A stretch of 64,000 bases of DNA. Origin: an uncultured bacterium. GTDB taxonomy: Bacteria; Verrucomicrobiota; Lentisphaeria; Victivallales; UBA1829. A program made the translations under genes and the position numbers. The DNA is taken from positions 4,300 through 68,299 of the forward strand of contig CASERY010000030.1 of the NCBI GenBank assembly GCA_949290385.1, given 5' to 3'. Shown in pieces: positions 1 to 9,648 of the stretch. The notes beneath the pieces were generated by a model. That model made no database searches. It worked only from the letters and a program-made list of their open reading frames with translations, and was not told where the DNA came from. Numbering within the stretch: position 1 is the stretch's first letter; each line of letters starts with the position of its first letter.

Positions 1-396
1 TCCCTTCTGCGCATGGGCAGCCAGAACCGCTGCCAGATATACGGCTCCGGGCCTTTCCGTGCCGTTGAATCCCCATACAGCTTTCTGGGTGAGCGGATCC
101 ATATCCATGGTTTCAGATCCATAGCACCAGCACGGGGTGACGGACAATGTGGCTGTAACATTCATGGCCGAAAATTTCGCCGCACACCGGGCAGCTTCCT
201 CTACTCCGCCAATAGTGGTGTCTGCAATGACGCATTCCACGGGTTTCCCGTTAGGGTAGCGCAGTGTAGAGGATATAAGCTCTGCGGCACCTTTTGCCAT
301 ATTCATAGTTTGAATTTCCAATGATTCACGAACACCTTTACGGCGTCCGTCGATAATCGGACGGATTCCGATTCTGGGCATCTGATCAACTGCCAT
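1..396 (-). CDS. fucI: L-fucose isomerase, N-terminal part (3' end lies beyond the left window edge)
   Basis: The reverse strand from ATG 394-396 reads [39 protein letters not shown]...[16 protein letters not shown]...[25 protein letters not shown]. This matches the E. coli FucI N-terminus as I recall it, motif for motif. There is no stop before position 1. It is absent from the ORF track because it is open-ended. Confidence 0.85.
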   Translation of the reverse strand, partial: MAVDQMPRIGIRPIIDGRRKGVRESLEIQTMNMAKGAAELISSTLRYPNGKPVECVIADTTIGGVEEAARCAAKFSAMNVTATLSVTPCWCYGSETMDMDPLTQKAVWGFNGTERPGAVYLAAVLAAHAQKG

Positions 397-855
397 GTTT
401 TTTCTGCTCCTTGTCTTGTCTGCGGACGAAGGGCGGTTTTGCACGGAACTGCAGAGAAAAAAAAGACGTTTGCAGAAACGCTTTTTTCCTTGTCCGGAGA
501 ACAACCGTCTGGATCGCGCTGCAGAATTTTTATGCTGTCATGGAATTCAGACTGGATGATCCTGCGAAAAGAGAGCCGATAAAACAAACAGCAGGAACCA
601 GTCTTTTTTTTAAAATTCAGCTTCAGATTCAAACGGAAGTCCGCCGTTGAATCCGAACTTGAAAAGCCCTCTCTTTCAGGAATGTAGCCGTATTCCAGGA
701 TTTTGCAATGCCGGATCCTTTCAAAGACATGGTTTTTACCAAAAACGTAAACTGTGATTTTTCCGGAAAATATATCTGCATCATTTGAAGAAAAAAGCAT
801 TTGTGCTATTTTATTGAACATTATAGACATGGATTTGATGACCGAGGAGAATATC

Positions 856-2298
856 ATGGCCGCATACGAAGCTGTTATCGGATTGGAATGCCATGTCCAG
901 ATCCGCACTAAAAGCAAAATGTTCTGTAAATGCCCGAGCACGCATGGCGCAGAACCGAATACTGTTTTATGTCCCGTCTGCATGGGCTATCCAGGGGTCC
1001 TTCCGACGCCGAACCGCGAGGCAATCCGCAAGACGGTTGTGGCCGGGCTGATGTGCGGATGCGAAATTGCTCTGAAAAGCAAATTTGACCGCAAAAGCTA
1101 TTTTTATCCGGACCTGGTCAAAAATTACCAGATAACCCAGTATGATCAGCCTCTTTGCAAAAACGGAAAAATTCATATTCATGGAGTTGGTTTTTCCGGG
1201 GAACCTTTGCCGGATAAATATATCGGAATGACCCGCATTCATCTGGAAGAGGATCCGGGAAAATCCAATCATTTCGGGAACTGCACCGGCATGGACTACA
1301 ATCGTTCCGGCATTCCGTTGATCGAGATTGTCAGTGAGCCTGAAATGCACAGCGCAGACGAGGCTTATGCGTATTTGACCGCTTTGAAACAGACAATGCA
1401 GTATGCTGATGTAAGCGACTGTGATATGGAAAAAGGTCAGATGCGCTTTGATGTGAATATTTCCATGCGCCAGCGCGGAGAAACCCGTCTGGGAACCAAA
1501 GTGGAAATCAAGAATCTGAATTCGTTCCGTTCTGCGCACCGCGCCATCCTTTATGAAATGAAGCGCCAGATTTTGGCTCTTGAAAACGGAGAACCCATTA
1601 CTCAGGATACCAGGGGCTGGAACGATGAGGCCGGTGAAACTTATGTAATGCGCACGAAGGAAAATGCAAACGATTACCGGTATTTTCCGGAACCTGATAT
1701 GCTTCCCATTGAATTTACAAATGAAGACATTGAAAAGATTCGGGAATCTCTTCCGGAACACCCGGACCACCTGAGAGTGCGTTTCGCAGAGGAATATGGA
1801 CTGACACCTTATGATGCCTCCGTGTTGGCCTCTGAACGGGAATATGCCTTCTTCTTCGATGCGGCAGCCGGAAAATGCAGTGCTCCGAAGATTCTGGCAA
1901 ACTGGTTTATTTCCGAATTGCTGAGAATGCTTGGAGAAAGTTCTCTGCCTCTGTCAGAGTGCAAAATCACTCCGGAAAACTTTGCTGCCTTTGCGGATCT
2001 GATTGCCAAAGGCACCATTAACAGCAAGGCTGGAAAAGCCGTATTTGAGGAAATGTTTCAAACTGGCAGAAATCCGGATGAAATTGTCAAGGAAAAAGGT
2101 CTGGTTCAAGTTTCCGATGAAAACGCAATTCTTGCTTTTGTAGATCAGGTGATTCAGGCAAATCCTGTTCAGGTTCAGCAGTATCGCGATGGAAAGACGA
2201 ACGTCCTTCAATACCTTGTAGGCCAGCTGATGAAAGCCAGCCGCGGGAAGGCGAATCCTCAAATGGCAATTAAACTTTTTAAGGACCGTCTGGGATAA
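856..2298 (+). CDS. gatB: Asp-tRNA(Asn)/Glu-tRNA(Gln) amidotransferase subunit B
   Basis: ORF 754..2298. YEAVIGLECHVQ, FDRKSYFYPDL and RIHLEEDPGK plus a GatB/YqeY-type C-terminal tail support the call. Start placed at ATG 856 (MAAYEAV); alternatives are 829 and 838. Stop TAA. Confidence 0.93.
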   Translation: MAAYEAVIGLECHVQIRTKSKMFCKCPSTHGAEPNTVLCPVCMGYPGVLPTPNREAIRKTVVAGLMCGCEIALKSKFDRKSYFYPDLVKNYQITQYDQPLCKNGKIHIHGVGFSGEPLPDKYIGMTRIHLEEDPGKSNHFGNCTGMDYNRSGIPLIEIVSEPEMHSADEAYAYLTALKQTMQYADVSDCDMEKGQMRFDVNISMRQRGETRLGTKVEIKNLNSFRSAHRAILYEMKRQILALENGEPITQDTRGWNDEAGETYVMRTKENANDYRYFPEPDMLPIEFTNEDIEKIRESLPEHPDHLRVRFAEEYGLTPYDASVLASEREYAFFFDAAAGKCSAPKILANWFISELLRMLGESSLPLSECKITPENFAAFADLIAKGTINSKAGKAVFEEMFQTGRNPDEIVKEKGLVQVSDENAILAFVDQVIQANPVQVQQYRDGKTNVLQYLVGQLMKASRGKANPQMAIKLFKDRLG

Positions 2299-2319
2299 GG
2301 GTGCGCAGAGTCCCGCATT

Positions 2320-2413
2320 CAGCTGCAACGAACTGGAAGAGAAACTCAAAATATTACCCTGCAGATTTTCCGGAAATCGGTTCCGGGGGGCAGCTGCAAC
2401 GAACTGGAAAAGA
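2320..2413. repeat. Two copies of a 23-bp direct repeat (cagctgcaacgaactggaaRaga), 71 bp apart
   Basis: Copies at 2320-2342 and 2391-2413, 22/23 identical, in the gatB-lipoprotein spacer. Confidence 0.9.
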
Positions 2414-2461
2414 TTTGAATCAAGGAAAATAAAAAATAATTTTGAAACGGGAGTTGTGAAA

Positions 2462-3091
2462 ATGAACAGAATTCTCTGTTTTGCAGTATTCTCGGCTTTT
2501 TTCCTGTGTGCTTGTTCCACGCCTTTCGTAACCAACACAAGCCGTTCCAATGTGGAACAGATGTTGATCAGTTCTGCTATTGAGCATGGCATCGGTAAAA
2601 TTGATTTTTCCAATTATACCGGTAAAAAAGTTTTTATGGATTACAGTCTTCTTGCACCCCAGGTGGATAAAGAGTTTCTTCAGGCCTATATCCAGTATCA
2701 TCTGGCAAATTACAGAATTACAACGGTAAAGGATGAATCTCAAGCCGATTTTATATTTCAGCCATCCTGTGCTGTGCTTGCCACGGATGTGGACAAAATC
2801 CTTGTCGGTACGCCGGCGTTGCCTATTCCGGTGCCGGATACTGATATAAGCATTGTAATTCCGGAACTTCCGCTTTTTATGAAATCAACCCGGTCAGGGC
2901 ATGGACGTTTCTTCTTTACAATTCTGAATGCAAAAACTCTTGCCCCGGTGGAAACAATGCCTGGATCCACAGCGGTTACGAAGTATACCAACTGGGCTAT
3001 TCTGCTGATTCCGTTCAAATCGCATTCATCTCTGCCCAGTGAGGATGACCGGGCTCTGAAGGAAAAATACAATTATTTCTGGGAAGAGTAA
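2462..3091 (+). CDS. Hypothetical lipoprotein
   Basis: ORF 2456..3091. The N-terminus MNRILCFAVFSAFFLCAC has a hydrophobic core and a lipobox-like LCAC. GGGAG lies 9 nt upstream of ATG 2462. No family recognised. Stop TAA. Confidence 0.6.
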   Translation: MNRILCFAVFSAFFLCACSTPFVTNTSRSNVEQMLISSAIEHGIGKIDFSNYTGKKVFMDYSLLAPQVDKEFLQAYIQYHLANYRITTVKDESQADFIFQPSCAVLATDVDKILVGTPALPIPVPDTDISIVIPELPLFMKSTRSGHGRFFFTILNAKTLAPVETMPGSTAVTKYTNWAILLIPFKSHSSLPSEDDRALKEKYNYFWEE

Positions 3092-3228
3092 TTTTATCCC
3101 CGGAGAGAGAATGAACAGAAAAGTGTTATCGGCGAGACGTTGATAGTAGGCCTTTTCGTATTTTTCGTAAACAAATGGAATCTGGAATGCAACCGGGGCG
3201 TTCTGTGGGGGGATATTTTGCGGTTCAA

Positions 3229-3318
3229 AGGGCATGTTTATCGCGCAGAAGAGCACAATAAAGTGATTTTTTCCCGGTACGAGCGGGGGGCAGAGGGCAT
3301 GTTTATCGTGCAGAAGAG
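3229..3318. repeat. Two copies of a 25-bp direct repeat (agggcatgtttatcgYgcagaagag), 65 bp apart
   Basis: Copies at 3229-3253 and 3294-3318, 24/25 identical, in the 825-bp convergent spacer between the lipoprotein gene and argG. Confidence 0.9.
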
Positions 3319-3846
3319 GGAGAGAGAAAAAGTTTTGGATAGGATGCACTTTCTTGCTTGTGTTTCAGCATACAGTGCCTTCTATAAGGAGGGAATCACT
3401 GCTGAATTGCCGCCTTTTCAAGCGTCTTGCCTTTTTTCAGTATGCAAAGTCTGGAGTATATTCTGTTTTTTGGAGAGGTTTTTTTCGAGAAGGGAGGCAT
3501 TATTCCTCCACTCTGGAGAAGAGATTAATAAAAGAAATTGTACTTTATCTGGGATACCAGTTTTTTAAAAAAAGAAAGTTCTATGCATGCCCTTGTAACC
3601 TGGGCTATTTTAATGGAGTCTTCTCTGGTTAGATTTTTTTCTGTTTGAATTGGTTGAAGCCTTCCAATCTGATAAAAAAGGTACTGAACTTTTTGTTGCC
3701 TCTATAAAAATCCGTTTGTTTACATAAATAAAAAGTTTGCATATCATCATAGAATGTACGGTTTTGCTGGACTGGTTTTTCCCCCCTTGTTTATCATAAA
3801 AATCGAATGGATATGTAGACAAAACAGATTGCGGCCAAGGATGTTG

Positions 3847-3880
3847 AAATAAAAAACCGCCGGTGTAAAAACACCGACGG
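3847..3880 (-). terminator. Intrinsic terminator downstream of argG
   Basis: On the minus strand, ccgtcggtg / caccggcgg form a stem (plus-strand arms 3857-3865 and 3872-3880) followed by a TTTTTTATTT run. Confidence 0.6.
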
Positions 3881-3916
3881 CTTGAGAACGGCTTTAAATT
3901 TTTCTGAAAAGAAAAA

Positions 3917-5155
3917 TTATTTGGTCGTATAGCGAGGCTGTTTTGCAGCCAGGACTTTAAGCCGCATTGCATTCTGTGCGATGAATCCGGTAGCCATGGT
4001 GGGATCCTGAAGTCCATTGTCATCTTCAAATGTTGCCAGGGCTTCATCATACAAACTGTAGGGAGAGCGACGGCCATTGACCATGACAGCACCCTTGAAC
4101 AGCTGAAGACGGACATCACCAGTAACGAATTCCTGTGATTTGTCTGCCAGAGCCTGAATCATCTCACGTTCCGGAGCGAACCAGAAGCCGTTATAGACCA
4201 GCTCTGCATATTTGGGCATGAGCATATTTTTCAGTCCGATGGAAACCCCGTCCAGACAGATGGATTCCAGATCACGATGTGCCTCCAGCAGAATGGTTCC
4301 TGCCGGGGTATCATAAACTCCGCGGGATTTCATTCCGGTGAAGCGGGTTTCCACGATATCGATACAGCCGATGGCATGATCGCATCCAAGTTTATTGAGT
4401 ACGCGCATAAGCGCTGCAGGCGAAAGTTTCTTGCCGTCGACTGCCACAGGAACGCCTTTTTCAAAGCTGACGACAACTTCTTCCGGCTGATCCTTTGCCT
4501 GTGAAACGGGTTTTGTCATGACCCACATATGTTCCAGATCCGGAGCTCTCCAAGGATCTTCCAGATCCTGGGATTCAAAGGAGATATGGAGCAGGTTGCG
4601 GTCCATGGAATAGGTTTTCTTGATGGAGGCGGTAATGTTCAGCTTGTTTTCCTTGCAGTAGGCAACCATGTCGGAACGGCTCTTGAACGGCCAGAGATCC
4701 GGACGGCGCCAGGGCGCCAGAACATGCAGAGACGGATCAATGGCATTGATGGCAAGTTCAAAGCGGACCTGGTCATTTCCACGGAATGTCGCAAAATGCA
4801 TGATTGTGTCAGCGCCTTCAGCATGCGCCACCTGAACCAGGTGTTTGGCGATGGCGGGACGTGCCAGAGATGTGCCGAGCAGATATTTATTTTCATACAT
4901 GGCATTCATCTTGAGCGCTTCAAAGTAGTAGTTCTGAATGAAGTCTTCCGCAATGTCATCCACAATGCATTTCTTTGCACCGAGAGCGAGAGCTTTTGCT
5001 TCAAGGCCGTCAGTTTCCTCTTCCATGCCGACATCTGCGCAGTAGGCAATGATTTCGGTTTCCGGATAGTGGGAGGCAAAATAATGCAGTGCCGTTGTTG
5101 TGTCCAGCCCGCCGGAGAAGGCGAGAACGATCTTTTTGTAGTTGAATTCAGACAT
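3917..5155 (-). CDS. argG: Argininosuccinate synthase
   Basis: 412-aa ORF. The KIVLAFSGGLDTT N-type ATP-PPase motif, a length typical of ArgG and conserved blocks throughout support the call. Stop TAA. Confidence 0.93.
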   Translation of the reverse strand: MSEFNYKKIVLAFSGGLDTTTALHYFASHYPETEIIAYCADVGMEEETDGLEAKALALGAKKCIVDDIAEDFIQNYYFEALKMNAMYENKYLLGTSLARPAIAKHLVQVAHAEGADTIMHFATFRGNDQVRFELAINAIDPSLHVLAPWRRPDLWPFKSRSDMVAYCKENKLNITASIKKTYSMDRNLLHISFESQDLEDPWRAPDLEHMWVMTKPVSQAKDQPEEVVVSFEKGVPVAVDGKKLSPAALMRVLNKLGCDHAIGCIDIVETRFTGMKSRGVYDTPAGTILLEAHRDLESICLDGVSIGLKNMLMPKYAELVYNGFWFAPEREMIQALADKSQEFVTGDVRLQLFKGAVMVNGRRSPYSLYDEALATFEDDNGLQDPTMATGFIAQNAMRLKVLAAKQPRYTTK

Positions 5156-5333
5156 GTGACAACTCCTTGGGTTGATATTTTTCTGTCATTAAAATATCGC
5201 TGAATTCATTTTTTTCAAGAAGCTCTGTACTTTTTTCCAACTGGACACAAGATGGTATTGCTGAACTTATGTTTCTTTTTCCTGATAAGTCTTCTGAGGA
5301 ATATGGAATAGAATGCTTAAGTGTTATAAATCT

Positions 5334-6236
5334 TTATTTAGACTGTGTTGAAAAGGGATGTGGAGCAGGTGTCGTTTCGGAGGCTTGAGAGGGAACGGTT
5401 GCGAAAATTCTGCTTTTTTGGGGATTTTGCCTGAGTGCTGATGAGGGTCGTATAATTCTGTTTCCACAGTGTGGACACGATCCGCTGAGAATGATAAAAG
5501 GTACGCTTTTTCTGACATGGGAATATCTCACAGGAAATCCCGTGCAATGATCGTGTTGATACAGACTTTTCCCGCAGAAAGCGCATCGTGTAACGAGACC
5601 ATAATAAGCAGCCAGGCGTTTTTCCACTGTGCTTCTGCCTAAAACACCAGCCCCGGCCAGGAGCAGGGATATTCCCTGCCAAAGAAAAACTGAATGAAAA
5701 GAAAATCCGTACAGAAGGGAGGCAAAAGGCAGCATACATAAAAAAAGAAACCACCCGGAAAGGATTATTCTGGATTCTCTTTCTGCCTTTCGATATTGTA
5801 GATAACTTTTGGGTGAAATCAGGCTTTTCCAGATTTTTTCCTTTTGGGGACCGTCCGGACAGACAAGGTTTTTCCCATCTGTGGAAAGAACAGAAAATTC
5901 GGCGGGAAAGCAAGAGAAGGATTGGTGTCTGTCATAGCGGCCGTGCTGACTCTGTTTCGAGGTCAGCATTAAAGGACTGTATTCCTATTGGTTTCTATTA
6001 TGATAGCCATTATGACCGGAACCTATAGATTGCGAAAGATCTCCACCGCATTCCGGACATTTGGAAAAGGTCTGCAGAATTTCCAATGAATCTCCAAAAT
6101 AGCCGTGGCAGAGCGGACAGCATCTGCTTTTCCTGATCTTTGAGTGATGATAAACTGCTGCAGTCCACCAGATCATTGCAAGAATTTCCAATCCTGGAAG
6201 TGCTGCAAGCAGGATCCAGCTGTGCCAAGGGCTCAT
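5334..6236 (-). CDS. Hypothetical membrane protein with two TM + zinc-ribbon modules (contains in-frame TAG at 5985-5987)
   Basis: ORFs 5985..6236 and 5334..5969 are in the same frame, separated only by a TAG and 5 sense codons. Each half has hydrophobic segment(s) followed by paired CxxC motifs (CPLC...CPEC; CAFC...CPHC). ATG 6234-6236 overlaps the TGA of the extended recN frame. Final stop TAA. Confidence 0.5.
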
Positions 6237-8059
6237 TTCTGAAAGAGATCCTGTTGTTCCGCGTCTTTTCCGGGGAAAGCGGAAACCGCTGTTTTTTTCT
6301 AATGACGATGGCGGGCGTGTGTTTCCATCGTTGGTTTTTCTGTTTCAGAAATGGAAGAGATTCCGGAATCGGAATGCGGATGTTTCCGGCCGGAAGACAC
6401 CTCTTTATTGTCCTCCAACATAGCCCGTGCATGCTCGCGGGCAGCAGAACCGCCGCCAAGCATGCGGCAGAGTTCATCCAGTCGCTCTTCCGGGGACAGG
6501 GATAGAAGCGTGGAACGGGTATCCTGTTCACTGGAACTTTTCATTACCAGAAAGTGGCACTCTGCACAGCTGGCTACCATGGGGGAATGGGAGATGCAGA
6601 TAATTTGTTTATGACGGGAAAGTTTGCGCAGTTCCTGTCCCACTTTCCCGGCTGTCTCTCCTCCGATGTTTGCATCAATTTCGTCAAAAATCAGAGTCGG
6701 GATGCAATCGGCCTCCGCAAGAACCGTTTTGGCGGCCAGCATGACCCTTGAAATTTCTCCGGAGCTTGCCACATCTTTCAGCGGACGCAGGGGAACTCCC
6801 GGATTGGCGCTGAAGAGAATCTGAATTTTATCACAGCCTCCCGGGCCGTATTCGGCCTGAGAGAAGTCCACTTGGAATTCGGCCTGGCGGAATCCCAGTT
6901 TCCGGGTTTCTTCGCTGAGCAGGGAAATCAGTCGGCCTGCGGCTTCACGACGGGCGAGACTGATCTGGTCGGAGATCGACTGCAGTTGATGAAAAAGGGC
7001 ATTTTCCTGATCACGGAAAGTCCGACGTGTTTGTTCGGCATTTTCAAATGCGTCTATCCGGCCGCGAATCTCATCCGCGTATTCCAGGACATTCTCAAGG
7101 GAAGGGCCATAGCGGCGTTTCAGGGTCTGAAGAATGCGCATGCGTTCTTCCATCGCCTGGAATTCCGATTCATCGAGCTCCACAGAGGCCGCATGGTGAT
7201 TGAGACTCGAGGATAGATCGGAAACCGATTCAGAAATATTTTCGAGCATCTGAAGGAAGCCTTCGGCATGTTCGGGATCGATCCGTTCCAGATCCAGCAG
7301 GGAGCGGCGGATTTCTGCGATGCGGTCAAAAAGAGAATCTTCTCCTTCTGTCAGTGCACTGCAAAGTTTCATGGCAATTTCCAGGATTGTGCGGGAATGA
7401 CTGGCAAGTTCATGTTTTTGTTTCAAAGCATCGTCTTCTCCCACCTGAACATCTGCCCGCTCAATTTCCTCCAGATCTCTTCGAAAACCGGATATTTCCT
7501 ATTCGGACGGCATGGATTCCAGAAAATGGGCATGCTTTTCCCGTATTTCCTTCAGCTCATTCCAAACTTCAGCATTTTTCTGAAGAAGCTCTGATATGCC
7601 GGCAAAGCGGTCCAGAGCGTCAAGCTGCTCGGAAGATTTGAGCAGACTTTGATTTTCATTGGCTGCGTGGATGTCCACCAGAAGTTCCCCGAAAGAACGC
7701 AGAAGCTGGAGACTTACAGGTGTGGCATTGATAAAATTGCGTGTTGCACTGGGCGTGATGACTCTGCGGATGCAAAGAATATTCGGAGCATCTTCCAGAT
7801 CCAGGGCATTTTCCTTCAAAAGGGCAGCGGCTCTGGAATCGGTTCGGGACAGTTCAAACTCCGCAGAAATTTCACAGCGGTCCGCACCAATGCGGATTGC
7901 TGATTTATCTGCACGTTCTCCGAGGAGCAATCCCACTCCGCCCATGATAACGCTTTTTCCGGCACCGGTTTCTCCTGTGATGACATTGAAAGCGGGGCCA
8001 AACTGGATTTCCGCCTCTTCCACGAGGGCAAGATTTTTCAGTTTCATCCATTTAAGCAT
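6233..8059 (-). CDS. recN: DNA repair protein RecN (in-frame TAG at 7499-7501; second TAG at 6299-6301, frame closes at TGA 6233-6235)
   Basis: ORFs 7499..8068 (N-terminal Walker A, ITGETGAGKS) and 6299..7444 (coiled coil plus C-terminal ABC signature/Walker B, SGGEISRVMLA...LIFDEIDANIGG) share one frame. Together they have RecN length. Start placed at ATG 8057-8059 (MLKWMKLKNLALV). Under code 11 this is two fragments. Confidence 0.85.
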
Positions 8060-8151
8060 TTGACGCACCTGGCAGATCTGGGAGTTTTATCCGGCATTCC
8101 CGGACAGACTCCTGTTAATATTGACTGATTTTTTTAAATTGCAAATCTCAT

Positions 8152-9249
8152 GTGGTTGAATCTGTTAAAATCATGAATATTTTAGAAGAAGAGTTTGAAG
8201 AATTTTCGCCGGTTCCCCGAATGAGTCCGGGAAATTGGCAGGAATGTTTCCAGCAAATGAATAATGCCAAGAAATCGTTGCAGCAGTCAGATCCTTTGAA
8301 AGAAAATCCCTTCAGGGCCCGCTGGTGGGTTCCTGTGCCAGAAGAAAGAGAGGTTTCCTCTAACTGTTTTTCTGGAGAGACGCCTGGTAGTCCGGGTTCC
8401 CATGAGAAGATTCGGCAGCAGACTGTAGACTCGACGGAATATAAAACTCTGATTCGTTGTCTGCTGTGTCCGCGGCAGTGCCTGATCCCGGATGGAGAAA
8501 GAGGCGCCTGCCGGATGCGTATCCATGAAAACGGATGCCTTTATTCCATAGCTTATGGATTTCCTGCAGAATTGCGTCTGGTGGGAGCGTCGAGCATTCC
8601 ATTCGGAGTTGTCAGACATGACGGAAAGATGCTTTCTGCTGCCTGTTATGGCGGATTTGCTTAGAGTTCATGCTATCCATCTCCGGCGCTTGTGGAGGGT
8701 GATTACCATCCGAGGGCAGTCTACCGCTGGTACAGTGCGGATTCCCTGACAAATCTGTGTGTCCGCTACGGGGCAGACGGACTGGTTTTTTGCGGCGGCG
8801 AACCAGGTACCTGGCTGGAATATGTGCTGGATGTATTTAAGGCTGCTGAAGGGAAAAATCTTCTTCGGGGGACTGTTATTTCCGGCCTTCTGGAGGAGGC
8901 TCCGGCAGGAGAACTGTTTGAGCTGGCCGATAAAGTGACTATATGGATTGACAGTGCATACAATGAACAGGAAATGTCTGCTGCACTCAGAACCGCGGAA
9001 ATAGGAATGAGATTTCCCGGAAAGCTGGAAATTCTTTGGAATATGCCGGCGAAGGAAGGTCCCGACACAATGGCACAGAGTCTGGAATTTCTGCAAAAAC
9101 TTTCAGCGCTTTGTGAAACAAATGGTTGTTCCCGGGAGAAACAGCCTCTGTGGATCGGTGGAGGCGCATCGAGGGAAATACAGTTCAGTCTGAGAGAAAA
9201 AGCCGTCCGGGAAACGGAATTCAAGAACTGCGTAATCTGGACGGAATGA
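8152..9249 (+). CDS. Radical-SAM-activase-like protein with degenerate cluster motif (in-frame TAG at 8662-8664)
   Basis: ORFs 8152..8664 and 8692..9249 are in the same frame. IRCLLCPRQCLIPDGERGACRMRIHENGCLYSIAYG resembles the N-terminal Cys-rich region of PflA/AmmeMemoRadiSam-type radical SAM enzymes as I recall them. The canonical CxxxCxxC is missing where expected (AACYGGFA-TAG-SSCYPSP). The start may be ATG 8173. Stop TGA. Confidence 0.45.
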
Positions 9250-9302
9250 TGCGATTTAGTCTTCTCTGAAGGAACAATATGCTGCATAATCCTGCAGGAA
9301 GA

Positions 9303-9400
9303 GTCAGATAAGCAAAAAGTCAAATTTGAATTCCAGATATAGTCTGTTCTGCAACCAGATTAAAGGCGTCAGACGAACAAAAGCTCAAACTTGAATTTCA
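9303..9400. repeat. Two copies of a 33-bp imperfect direct repeat, 65 bp apart
   Basis: gtcagataagcaaaaagtcaaatttgaattcca (9303-9335) versus gtcagacgaacaaaagctcaaacttgaatttca (9368-9400), 26/33 identical without gaps. It lies in the convergent spacer upstream of 9649. Confidence 0.8.
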
Positions 9401-9648
9401 TACAATCCTGATGCACCGTTTTGCTTTCTTCTGCATCATATCCTTTTTGTAGCAGGAGAAGATAAAACATCAAAACAACGCTGAACACCTCTGAGAACAC
9501 CTAACTTCAGCATTTCAAAAGGGAACATAAAACATAAAGGCAAAGCTGAATACCGGTGAATCGCCCTTTGATTTCGGAGACCTCCTTATGCATCAGCTGC
9601 GGGAAGGTCCGCAGGTATTATCATTCAGATCTCAACTTCAGAGTATGA

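Noticed and set aside
13-983. Track ORFs 13..324 (+) and 303..983 (-)
   Set aside because: The first is antisense to the clear fucI N-terminus. The second spans the fucI-gatB divergent spacer and the gatB start with no motif support.
5338-5913. 191-aa minus-strand ORF in an alternative frame to 5334..5969
   Set aside because: The competing frame has TM segments plus paired CxxC motifs and is continuous with 5985..6236 across the TAG. This frame has no features.
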